DNA of 64,000 nt. Origin: an uncultured Clostridia bacterium (GTDB taxonomy: Bacteria; Acidobacteriota; Aminicenantia; UBA2199). Position numbers and translations under genes: made by a program. The notes beneath the pieces are model-generated. The model was not told the DNA's origin. It ran no database searches and saw nothing but the letters and a program-made list of their open reading frames with translations. The first letter of the stretch is position 1; each line of letters starts with the position of its first letter. Positions 19,711-28,434 of this stretch are shown here, in pieces. The DNA is taken from contig CAYRAO010000001.1 of assembly GCA_964422395.1 (NCBI GenBank), positions 4,900 to 68,899 on the forward strand, read 5' to 3'.

Positions 19711-19735
19711 ATTTCAAAAAACTTTAATCGGTTTT

Positions 19736-20206
19736 TTACAACACTATTGTCAATCCAAGAATGGAACCAACCCCTGACAAACCTTTCGTAATTGAAAAAT
19801 ATAGTCTCAGCGATATCGCAAGATTATTTTTAAGAAAATATCTTGCACCAAAACCTGGCATAAAAATAATTCCACTCGAATATACCACACCTCCGCCGAT
19901 ATTGGTGAAATAACCGATACTTCCTCCTGCAAATAGATCAACCGGAATATCAAGACTCGTGAAGTGATAGAACATATCTCCGCTCATCTGAATAGCTGAC
20001 CAACCACCCAAAAGATATGTCATTAATGTCGCACCTACTTCAATATTACTTGAAAGTCCGAGACCAAAACTGGCACCAAAAGGGACAGCATACGAGTTAA
20101 GTCCAATCTGACCCGTGAGATATTTACCACCTTTTTTAAAATTATCTCCGTAAACCCCTGCAACCAACGTAAAAACAAGTAAAGATATAACTAAAATTTT
20201 TTTCAT
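19736..20206 (-). CDS. Hypothetical exported protein, probable small outer-membrane beta-barrel
   Basis: Signal peptide; Gly/aromatic-rich alternating strands; hydrophobic C-terminal strand; GGAGG SD. Confidence 0.55.
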   Translation of the reverse strand: MKKILVISLLVFTLVAGVYGDNFKKGGKYLTGQIGLNSYAVPFGASFGLGLSSNIEVGATLMTYLLGGWSAIQMSGDMFYHFTSLDIPVDLFAGGSIGYFTNIGGGVVYSSGIIFMPGFGARYFLKNNLAISLRLYFSITKGLSGVGSILGLTIVL

Positions 20207-20275
20207 CCATCCTCCTTTTTTTTAATATTATACTTCAATATATCTCTCTTTTCAAGTATAGACTGAAGATAAGAT

Positions 20276-20303
20276 TTGAATTTTTTGATCTTTCTGTTAG
20301 AAT
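20276..20303 (+). promoter_or_regulatory. Promoter, likely leaderless (lysE-like gene)
   Basis: TTGAAT-N16-TAGAAT with TG extension; 6 nt to ATG; no SD. Confidence 0.55.
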
Positions 20304-20309
20304 TCTAAA

Positions 20310-20990
20310 ATGTCATCAATAATCTATTTTTATCTCTCATCTTACTTTATCGGATTTCTTTTATGTATTCCAATCGGACCGGTAAATCTTGAAATTTTTA
20401 ACAGTTCACTTAAAAAACAATACATGCATGCTATCTTCGTTGCCATTGGAGCCTCGTTAGGTGACGGGACTTGGGCATTAACAGCTTTTTTCGGGATTTC
20501 ACCTTTCAGAAACGGAAATCAGAATCTTGAGTGGGTATTCTTTCTTATAACCGCCATTATAACAGGAAGTCTTGGAATATTTGCCCTTCGAGATTCAAAG
20601 CGGATAAACAAAAAAGAGGACGAACTGACGATCATAATAAAAAAAAGGAAAAGATGGGCATTTCTTAAAGGATTTACACTTGTAATAGTAAATCCTCTCG
20701 CTGTGGTATCGTGGATGATTACTCTTAAATTTCTTGAGAGTCTTGACATAAAGATTCCGCTAAGATTCAATTATGAAATTTTTTTCTTCTTCGCCGTTGC
20801 AGCAGGTGCTGTTTCGTATTTCCTCCTTATAGTTTTCATTACGAATAAAATGAAACATTTTTTCAATCCGAAAAGAACGGCACGAGTAACAAAATATGTA
20901 GGTTACATCCTTTTGGCATTCAGTATATATTTTATTTACTACACTATAAACTCTTATCTTTTCGGAATCAGCATTACGGATATTGCATAG
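20310..20990 (+). CDS. LysE/RhtB family translocator
   Basis: PIGPVNL, GASLGDG, GFTLVIVNP; about 6 TM helices. Confidence 0.85.
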   Translation: MSSIIYFYLSSYFIGFLLCIPIGPVNLEIFNSSLKKQYMHAIFVAIGASLGDGTWALTAFFGISPFRNGNQNLEWVFFLITAIITGSLGIFALRDSKRINKKEDELTIIIKKRKRWAFLKGFTLVIVNPLAVVSWMITLKFLESLDIKIPLRFNYEIFFFFAVAAGAVSYFLLIVFITNKMKHFFNPKRTARVTKYVGYILLAFSIYFIYYTINSYLFGISITDIA

Positions 20991-21011
20991 GAATACTGTT
21001 GACATCATTTG

Positions 21012-21039
21012 TTGACTGAACTCCAATTTCGGTTATAAT
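21012..21039 (+). promoter_or_regulatory. Promoter, likely leaderless (ychF)
   Basis: TTGACT-N16-TATAAT; 6 nt to ATG; no SD. Confidence 0.7.
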
Positions 21040-21045
21040 TACCTT

Positions 21046-22113
21046 ATGATATTAACAATTTACGGTTATCCCAAAACCGGTAAAACACTTTTATTTAACC
21101 TTTTGACAGATAAAAAAGAAGAATTATCAAAATTCTCGGCATCAACAAATGAATTTCATAAAGCTGTAGTAAATGTACCTGATAAAAGACTTAAAAAACT
21201 TGCCGACTTTTTCTCTACCCCCCCCGTGTATGCAAAAATCGAATATCTTGATACCGGTGCGGTCTCTTTCGGTGATTCAAAGAATTCCACATTCATTGAT
21301 CTGATTCGAAGAGCGGACGGATTAGTTCATATGGTGAGAGGATTCAAAGATGATGAGATTCTCCATCCCAACGGATCAATCGACCCTCAAAGAGATATCC
21401 GTTCCATAGAAGAAGAACTTATAACTACGGATTTTATAACGGTTGAGAAAAGAATTGAAAGAGTGGAATCCGACTTAAAGAAAATTAAAAAAAAAGAGTT
21501 GGTAAAAGAACTTGAGCTATTAAAAAAAATCGTTCCGGTTCTTGAAGGAGGATCACCTCTTCGAAATATCGATTTAACGGAAAATGAATTGCTAATGATA
21601 AGAGGTTTCAAGTTTCTTTCTATAAAACCCGTAATGAATATAATTAATTGTGATGAAAATTCATATGCCGAATATAAAAAACTTGAATCTCCTCCCGAAA
21701 ATAACACTGCAACTCTTGTTTTTGCAGGTAAAATCGAAACTGAATTACTTGAACTTGAAAAAGATGAGAGGCAGATTTTTGAAGAAGAATACGGACTAAA
21801 AAACTATAAATATATGAGAGAATCTTTCATTCAAAACAGTTATGACCTTATGAAACTTATTTCCTTTTTCACCGTCGGAAGCGATGAGACAAAAGCATGG
21901 ACAATAAACAGAGGAGATAATGCCTACCAAGCTTCGGGAAAAATTCATTCCGATATCCAGCAAGGGTTTATCAGGGGGGAAACAATAAATTGGGAAGACT
22001 TTCTCAATGCCGGAAGTTTTAATCAGGCAAAAGAAAAAGGGTTACTCCGACTTGAAGGTAAGGAATACATAGTTAAAGATGGAGATATAATCCATTTCAG
22101 ATTTAACAAATAA
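21046..22113 (+). CDS. ychF: YchF/Ola1 family ATPase (divergent)
   Basis: P-loop GYPKTGKT; C-terminal TGS domain with FFTVG, AWTI, GKIHSDIQQGFIRGE, RLEGKEYIVKDGDIIHFRFN. Confidence 0.88.
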   Translation: MILTIYGYPKTGKTLLFNLLTDKKEELSKFSASTNEFHKAVVNVPDKRLKKLADFFSTPPVYAKIEYLDTGAVSFGDSKNSTFIDLIRRADGLVHMVRGFKDDEILHPNGSIDPQRDIRSIEEELITTDFITVEKRIERVESDLKKIKKKELVKELELLKKIVPVLEGGSPLRNIDLTENELLMIRGFKFLSIKPVMNIINCDENSYAEYKKLESPPENNTATLVFAGKIETELLELEKDERQIFEEEYGLKNYKYMRESFIQNSYDLMKLISFFTVGSDETKAWTINRGDNAYQASGKIHSDIQQGFIRGETINWEDFLNAGSFNQAKEKGLLRLEGKEYIVKDGDIIHFRFNK

Positions 22114-22127
22114 GATTTTAGATTAGT

Positions 22128-23207
22128 TTACTTGATAACCTGTTTGATCAAAACATCAAACTCCAACTCAAAATTGGGTGTAAATACCCCCTTTTCCAAA
22201 TTTGCTTTTATGTTCTTTATCTTCCAATATTTACCATCTTCGATTTCTTCCTTATTAAATACTATATTCTTATCGTATCTCGCTACAAACATGTATACAA
22301 GTTCCGATTCCACATCGCTCTTCCACACATACCGTCCGATCAATGAAGGTTTAAAATCTTTTATACCAAGTTCCTCATAAGACTCCCTGAAAAGTGCCTC
22401 TTCTATTTTCTCTCCTGACGATACATGCCCTCCGACAGCAGTGTCCCATTTCTCGGGTTGAATCTCCTTTTTACTATCTCTTTTCTGAAGATATATCCTG
22501 TTTTTAAAATCAATTATATGTAGATGGACTACAGGATGAAGCAACCCTCCTCCCGAATGGCACAACGTCCTCGGAGCCTTCCCTTTAACATTGCCTTCTT
22601 CATCTACAATATCAAACCACTCATCATCTTTATACTTTTTCGCCCAACTCTTAATCCTCATTTTTTTTCTAACAAGTTCGACAATAAAATAAACTCCGAA
22701 GATAATGTAAAATAATCCCCCGCTTATGAAAGCCCACGCTTCCTTTGACATAAAAAAAGCCGAATAAATAATCAAACCGGTATGAATCGAGAATATACAA
22801 AAGATTACCCTCAAACTTCTCTTCATCTCTTCAGCCATTGTCTCATTTATATCAATATTTTTCATGTAACGCTTAGTCATCAACAACATGACATTAACCG
22901 GAGAAAATATGGAAATCGCCAAAACGACACAAAAGATCAACTCGATTAATGCAGGTTTCAACTTAAAAAAGATGGGATTATCAAGAACTATTGAAACAAT
23001 TCCGAGAATCACGATAAGCCCTATATCAAGGAGAACAAACTTATCGATGAATTTATTTTTAAACCAAGAAAATGCTATCTCAACAATTCCCGCAAGTATA
23101 GCAACAATTAGTCCTGTTTTTGTTCCCCAAACAGAGTCGGCTACAATAAAAATCACAAGTGGGAGGAACCCCGGTAACAAACTTTTGAGAATATCTTTTT
23201 TATTCAT
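22128..23207 (-). CDS. Fusion of YciB/IspZ-like membrane domain and Nudix hydrolase (YfcD-like)
   Basis: N-terminal TM region with DNPIFFKLKPAL; C-terminal Nudix box GGHVSSGEKIEEALFRESYEELGI. Confidence 0.8.
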   Translation of the reverse strand: MNKKDILKSLLPGFLPLVIFIVADSVWGTKTGLIVAILAGIVEIAFSWFKNKFIDKFVLLDIGLIVILGIVSIVLDNPIFFKLKPALIELIFCVVLAISIFSPVNVMLLMTKRYMKNIDINETMAEEMKRSLRVIFCIFSIHTGLIIYSAFFMSKEAWAFISGGLFYIIFGVYFIVELVRKKMRIKSWAKKYKDDEWFDIVDEEGNVKGKAPRTLCHSGGGLLHPVVHLHIIDFKNRIYLQKRDSKKEIQPEKWDTAVGGHVSSGEKIEEALFRESYEELGIKDFKPSLIGRYVWKSDVESELVYMFVARYDKNIVFNKEEIEDGKYWKIKNIKANLEKGVFTPNFELEFDVLIKQVIK

Positions 23208-23328
23208 GTTATTTTTTTATTGAACCATTGCACACTTGAGTTTGGAGATTATCACACAGATTTTTCCATGTCAACGTGTAAGTCTTGAAATATACCGATT
23301 CCTAACGGATGTAATTTTCGACAAAATA

Positions 23329-23357
23329 TTGACATCCTTATTATTTAGAAATAAAAT
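23329..23357 (+). promoter_or_regulatory. Promoter, likely leaderless (CDF gene)
   Basis: TTGACA-N17-TAAAAT; 6 nt to ATG; no SD. Confidence 0.7.
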
Positions 23358-23363
23358 CAAAAA

Positions 23364-24287
23364 ATGGCACGAAAGAAGTCCTCAAAATCTGTTATTTTTA
23401 CCGCTTTATTTGCAAACCTTTTTATTGCCATCATGAAACTTATAATTTCTGCAATTACACGGTCCACTGCAATGCTTGCTGAATCCATTCACTCACTTGC
23501 CGATTCCTTTAATCAAATTTTCTTATTGGTAGGGATAAAAAAGGGAGAGAAAAAAGCCGATGAACTCCACCCTTTCGGGTTTTCCGGAGAACTCTATTTC
23601 TGGTCGTTTATTGTGGCTATTGTCTTGTTTTCAGCCGGAGCGGTATTTTCCGTTTATGAAGGTATTCACAGGCTGTATCATCCTACAAAAGTCGAAAAGA
23701 TCGAATATGCTTTTATAGTTTTGGGATTGTCATTTCTTGCCGAGGGTCTTGCTTTCATTAAAGCCAACAAGAGCATAAGCATAGACAGGAAAGGCGAACC
23801 GATATTCTCTTATCTGAAAAAAACAAAGAAATCCGAACTCCTTGTGATATTTCTTGAAGATTTTGCCGCATTGATCGGACTATCGGTTGCAATAGTTGCC
23901 CTTTTACTTCAACATTTCACGGGAATTGTGATATTTGACGGCATTGCCTCAATTTTAATAGGTATAATACTTGCAGTTGTTGCATTTTTTCTTGGAAATG
24001 AGACAAGATCGTTACTTATAGGTGAAAGTGCCGATCCTGAACTTATTTATAAAGTCAACAGTGTTTTCGCAAACGAAGAGAGCATTAAAAGGGTCATTCA
24101 TCTAAGATCTCTTCAATTGGGACCGGAAGATATTCTGCTTGCGGCAAAAGTAGAATTTGATCAAAGACTTAATTCAAATCAAGTTAGCAACTTTATAAAT
24201 GCAATAGAATCCGAGATCCGTTTTCAATTCCCAATTATCAGAAAAATATATATCGAACCCGATATTTACAAAAAAAATTATCGGTGA
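23364..24287 (+). CDS. Cation diffusion facilitator (CDF) transporter
   Basis: AMLAESIHSLADSFNQ, HPFGF, EDFAALIG, C-terminal dimerisation domain ending IYIEPD. Confidence 0.92.
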   Translation: MARKKSSKSVIFTALFANLFIAIMKLIISAITRSTAMLAESIHSLADSFNQIFLLVGIKKGEKKADELHPFGFSGELYFWSFIVAIVLFSAGAVFSVYEGIHRLYHPTKVEKIEYAFIVLGLSFLAEGLAFIKANKSISIDRKGEPIFSYLKKTKKSELLVIFLEDFAALIGLSVAIVALLLQHFTGIVIFDGIASILIGIILAVVAFFLGNETRSLLIGESADPELIYKVNSVFANEESIKRVIHLRSLQLGPEDILLAAKVEFDQRLNSNQVSNFINAIESEIRFQFPIIRKIYIEPDIYKKNYR

Positions 24288-24318
24288 AATTTATTAATAA
24301 TTTTAAAAAACCGTCATG

Positions 24319-24347
24319 TTGTAACTACGGAATTCGTATGTTATATT
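24319..24347 (+). promoter_or_regulatory. Promoter, likely leaderless (nitrilase-nadE-rsmI)
   Basis: TTGTAA-N17-TATATT with TG extension; 6 nt to ATG; no SD. Confidence 0.6.
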
Positions 24348-24353
24348 TATTTT

Positions 24354-25187
24354 ATGAAAGCAAGAATTGTACAATTCTCTCCCATGTTGGGGAATGTTGA
24401 ATGGAATTTCAATTACCACGCATCCAAGATAAAAGATGCAATAAACGAAAAGATTGATCTGATAGTTTTTCCGGAACTTAGCCTTACAGGTTATCAGCTA
24501 AAGGATATAATCTATGACATACCAAAGGATAATATAGATAAAATCATAATTGATTTTATGGAATTAAGCAAAGATATAGATATTGTTATCGGTCTCCCTT
24601 TTGAAGAATCTCAGGGTATTTTTTATAATTCAGCATTATATTTTTCTGAAGGAAAAATATTACACAACCATAAAAAAGTTCAGCTTCCGAATTTTGGAAT
24701 GTTTGAAGAAAAGATGATTTTCAAAGCCGGTAATAGTTTTAAATCTTTCCGTACCGGTAATTTAACCGTCGGAATTCTGATATGCAGAGAAATTCTGTTT
24801 CCGGTTAATGCTTACCTCTACCACCTTCAAAATACGGATTTAATAATATCTGTCTCTAACAGTCCTCACAGGGGAATGGGACCTAATGGATTTGAATCTC
24901 ATAAGCTTTGGGAACGGCTTGGAGAGGTTTATTCGATACATTATCACCAAAATTTTATTTTTTGTAATAGAACAGGTTTTGAGGACGGAATAGGTTTCGG
25001 CGGAGGTTCTTTTTATGCTTCTTCCGGTAAAGGGATAGTCAATATGGGGAAATATTTTGATGAACAATGCATTAACTGTGAAATTGATGATGAAAGTATA
25101 AGGAGATCCAGAATCGGTTCAAATTATCTCAGAGATGAGAAACCTGATATAATATTAAAAGAGATGAACAGGATAATCAATGAATGA
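24354..25187 (+). CDS. Carbon-nitrogen hydrolase; glutaminase subunit of a split NAD synthetase
   Basis: Glu-Lys-Cys triad: FPELSLTGY, KVQLPNFGMFEEK, ICRE; overlaps nadE by 8 nt. Confidence 0.85.
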   Translation: MKARIVQFSPMLGNVEWNFNYHASKIKDAINEKIDLIVFPELSLTGYQLKDIIYDIPKDNIDKIIIDFMELSKDIDIVIGLPFEESQGIFYNSALYFSEGKILHNHKKVQLPNFGMFEEKMIFKAGNSFKSFRTGNLTVGILICREILFPVNAYLYHLQNTDLIISVSNSPHRGMGPNGFESHKLWERLGEVYSIHYHQNFIFCNRTGFEDGIGFGGGSFYASSGKGIVNMGKYFDEQCINCEIDDESIRRSRIGSNYLRDEKPDIILKEMNRIINE

Positions 25188-25995
25188 GATCAATCTTGAT
25201 GTTACGACAGACATAATTGTTAAATTTATATACGATTCGATAAAGAAGAATGGATTTAAGAATGGTGTAATAGGAGTTTCAGGAGGAATTGATTCCGCTT
25301 TGGTTTTAGCGTTAACCGTTAAAGCTATAGGGAAAGAAAATACATTCGCAATCTTAATGCCTTTTAGAACATCATCTCCCGACAGCCTCTCGGACGGGAA
25401 ATATTTATGTGACAAATTTGATGTCGATTATGAGGTTATTGACATAACACCTTCAATTGATCCATATTTTGAAAAATTCCCTACGGATAACAAAACTCTT
25501 ATTGGGAACAAATGTGCACGAGAAAGGATGAGCATCCTTTATGATTTTTCAGGAAGAAAAAATGCATTGGTTGTCGGAACTTCGAATAAAACGGAGATTC
25601 TGATAGGATACTCGACACTTTACGGTGATTCCGCTGCAGCATTCTTACCTATCGGTGATCTATATAAATCCGAAGTATTTCTGATGGCAGAGCATTTGGG
25701 AATACCCGAAAGGATAATAAATAAAAAACCTTCGGCCGATCTTTGGAAAAATCAAACCGATGAGGAAGAGATCGGATTCACTTATGAAACTTTGGACAAA
25801 ATATTATATATGATGATTGACCAAAGAGCATCTGATAAAGAGTTAAAAGTTTCGGGATTCAGTTCCAAAGACATTATTAGAATAAAAAAAATGATATCGT
25901 CGTCACACTTTAAAAGGACTATGCCTCCCATAACAAAAATTCATTATAGAACAGTTGGAATTGACTTTCGTTATCCGAGAGATTGGTTAAAATAG
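25180..25995 (+). CDS. nadE: NAD+ synthetase
   Basis: GVSGGIDSA, ARERMSILYD, GTSNKTE, GYSTLYGD, PIGDLYKSEV, KPSADLW. Confidence 0.96.
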   Translation: MNEINLDVTTDIIVKFIYDSIKKNGFKNGVIGVSGGIDSALVLALTVKAIGKENTFAILMPFRTSSPDSLSDGKYLCDKFDVDYEVIDITPSIDPYFEKFPTDNKTLIGNKCARERMSILYDFSGRKNALVVGTSNKTEILIGYSTLYGDSAAAFLPIGDLYKSEVFLMAEHLGIPERIINKKPSADLWKNQTDEEEIGFTYETLDKILYMMIDQRASDKELKVSGFSSKDIIRIKKMISSSHFKRTMPPITKIHYRTVGIDFRYPRDWLK

Positions 25996-26002
25996 TATTT
26001 CA

Positions 26003-26785
26003 ATGATCCTATATATTGTTCCTGTTCCGATCGGCAATCTAAGAGATATAACATTAAGAGCAATAGACATACTTAAATCAGTTGATTTTATTATTGTTGA
26101 AGATACGAGACATTCTCTGAAATTATTAAATAAGCTTGAAATAAAGAAACGGTTATACAGTTATTACAAACCTAAAGAAGAGGAAAAATCTGCCAAAATA
26201 ATAGAACTATTAAAGTCCGGTAACGGAGCATTGATCACCGATTCCGGAACTCCGGTAATTTCCGATCCGGGTCATATATTGATCACCAAAGCTATAAAAT
26301 CAGGTATTGAAATAATATCTCTTCCCGGACCAACCGCATTTGTACCGGCTATAACCAACTCAGGTATCAGATCGGATATGTTTCTTTTTGCGGGTTTTTC
26401 ACCAAGAAAGGGAGGAAAATTAAGAAACTATCTTAAGGCACTTTCAGAGTTGAAATGTACTATTATATTTTACGAATCACCGAAAAGAGTGAAAAATTTC
26501 CTTAATACCGCTTATGAAATATTTGGTGACAGAACTTTTTCAATATCAAAGGAATTGACAAAAATAAATGAGAAAATTTGCAGAGGCAACCTTAAAAATT
26601 ATATTTCCACGTTGGGAGAGATAAAACTTCAGGGAGAATTTGTTATTGTGATTGAAGGAAGTAAAGGGGGAAAAAATGGAGAGAGTCCCGATCTTAACTC
26701 CGTAGAAGACATATACGATTATTTTAAAGAAAAATATAACATATCTCGAAATAAAATCAAAAAGATCTTAATGAGAAGGAAATAA
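26003..26785 (+). CDS. rsmI: 16S rRNA (cytidine1402-2'-O)-methyltransferase
   Basis: VPVPIGNLRDITLRA, EDTR, DSGTPVISDPG, FYESPKR, KELTKINE. Confidence 0.95.
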   Translation: MILYIVPVPIGNLRDITLRAIDILKSVDFIIVEDTRHSLKLLNKLEIKKRLYSYYKPKEEEKSAKIIELLKSGNGALITDSGTPVISDPGHILITKAIKSGIEIISLPGPTAFVPAITNSGIRSDMFLFAGFSPRKGGKLRNYLKALSELKCTIIFYESPKRVKNFLNTAYEIFGDRTFSISKELTKINEKICRGNLKNYISTLGEIKLQGEFVIVIEGSKGGKNGESPDLNSVEDIYDYFKEKYNISRNKIKKILMRRK

Positions 26786-26789
26786 AAGA

Positions 26790-28328
26790 TTATAACTTGA
26801 AAATATTGGCTGACCTGTAACTTAAAGCTTCCTGAATATCCGATACTCCTATGTTCTCACTATTTTTTAGGTCGGCAATGGTTCTTGCTATCTTCAATAT
26901 TTTAAAATAACTTCTGGTACTGAGATCAAGTTTCTCCACTGCCGTTTTGAGTATCTTTTCGGTATTTGAGTCGATCAAACAGAACTTTTTAATCTCCCTG
27001 TTTCCCATCTGTCCATTTGCAAAAATATTTTTTTTCATTTTTTCGAAACGACTAATCTGAATATCCCTTGCAGCCATAACCCTTTGTCGAATTATCTCGG
27101 AACTATCCGAAAGGATATTTGATGTTATTTCATCAAGTTTAACTTTATTTACTTCAATTTGCAGATCAATTCTGTCAAGGAGTGGTTTGGATATCCGTGA
27201 ATAATATCTCCTTTTTTGTGCTTCGCTGCATCCCTCAAATTCAGAAGATTTAATTCCCATTGAATCTTCACAGGTATTCATAGCTGCAAGTAGCATGAAT
27301 CTTGCCGGAAATGTGTAAGTCGAAAGAGAACGGGATATTGATATTTCTCCATCCTCAAGAGGCTGTCTAAGAACCTCAAGTGCTGTCTTTTTAAAATGGG
27401 GAAGTTCATCAAGAAATAGAACTCCGTTATGTGCTAAGGATATCTCACCCGGAATGGGAAATCGTCCTCCTCCACTCATTCCGACATCTGAGATTGTATG
27501 GTGAGGGGACCTGTGGGGTCTATCCGATATTAGTCCCATTTTATTATTTAGAAGTCCCGCAGAGCTGTAAATTAGAGATGTTTCCAATATCTCCGCCTCG
27601 GTCATAGTAGGCAAGATTGAAGGTAAAGCCTTTGCCATCATTGATTTTCCCGAACCGGGAGGACCTATCATTAATAAATTATGAGAACCGGCTGCGGCAA
27701 TTTCCAAAGCTCTTTTCGCAAGATATTGACCTTTGACCTCATTAAAATCGGTATTATGAAACTTAGTATTAATTTTAGCTCGATTTTTAGTTGGACAAAA
27801 CCGTTCAATTTGGTCTTTATTGAATATGAATTTTCCGATTTCGGAAAGATCTTTTAGTGCAAATACTTCAATTCCTTTAACATGTGATGCCTCATTTCCA
27901 TTCTCGTAAGGAACAACAATTCCTTTGAATCCATGCTGCTTTGCTGCAATAGAATAGTTAAGAACACCTTTTACGGGTTTTAGTTTACCTTCCAGATTTA
28001 ATTCGCCGAAAAACAGATAATCTTTAAATTGATCGCTATCAACGGAGTTTTTTTTCATTATTATTCCCATGGCAATAGGGAGGTCAAGTGAAGAACCCTC
28101 TTTTTTAACATCCGCCGGAGATAGATTTATTACGGTCTTTACTCCTACCGGATACTCGAAACCGGAATTCTTTATTGCAAACTTTATCCTCTCTTTGCTC
28201 TCGTTAACTGCATTATCCGGTAACCCGACAATCGTTATCCCCGGAATTCCTCTTGAAAACCCAACTTCAATTTCGGCCATAATTACAATTAGACCATTTA
28301 AAATCGCAGAATTAATTTTTGCTATCAT
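26790..28328 (-). CDS. comM: YifB/ComM family Mg-chelatase-like AAA+ ATPase
   Basis: VGLPDNAVNESKERI, GPPGSGKSM, PHHTIS, GEISLAHNGVLFLDE, KIARTIADL. Confidence 0.93.
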   Translation of the reverse strand: MIAKINSAILNGLIVIMAEIEVGFSRGIPGITIVGLPDNAVNESKERIKFAIKNSGFEYPVGVKTVINLSPADVKKEGSSLDLPIAMGIIMKKNSVDSDQFKDYLFFGELNLEGKLKPVKGVLNYSIAAKQHGFKGIVVPYENGNEASHVKGIEVFALKDLSEIGKFIFNKDQIERFCPTKNRAKINTKFHNTDFNEVKGQYLAKRALEIAAAGSHNLLMIGPPGSGKSMMAKALPSILPTMTEAEILETSLIYSSAGLLNNKMGLISDRPHRSPHHTISDVGMSGGGRFPIPGEISLAHNGVLFLDELPHFKKTALEVLRQPLEDGEISISRSLSTYTFPARFMLLAAMNTCEDSMGIKSSEFEGCSEAQKRRYYSRISKPLLDRIDLQIEVNKVKLDEITSNILSDSSEIIRQRVMAARDIQISRFEKMKKNIFANGQMGNREIKKFCLIDSNTEKILKTAVEKLDLSTRSYFKILKIARTIADLKNSENIGVSDIQEALSYRSANIFKL

Positions 28329-28434
28329 CTCACTTCCCTAAAAACTTGTTGAATATATTTAACTCAATATATTTAATATTATATGCATAAATATGGATTA
28401 TTTCAACTTAAAAAAAGAATATATTGATTTTATA

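Noticed and set aside
28352-28376. Direct repeat AATATATTTAA x2 upstream of comM
   Set aside because: Entirely A/T in a very AT-rich intergenic region; not distinguishable from background by eye.
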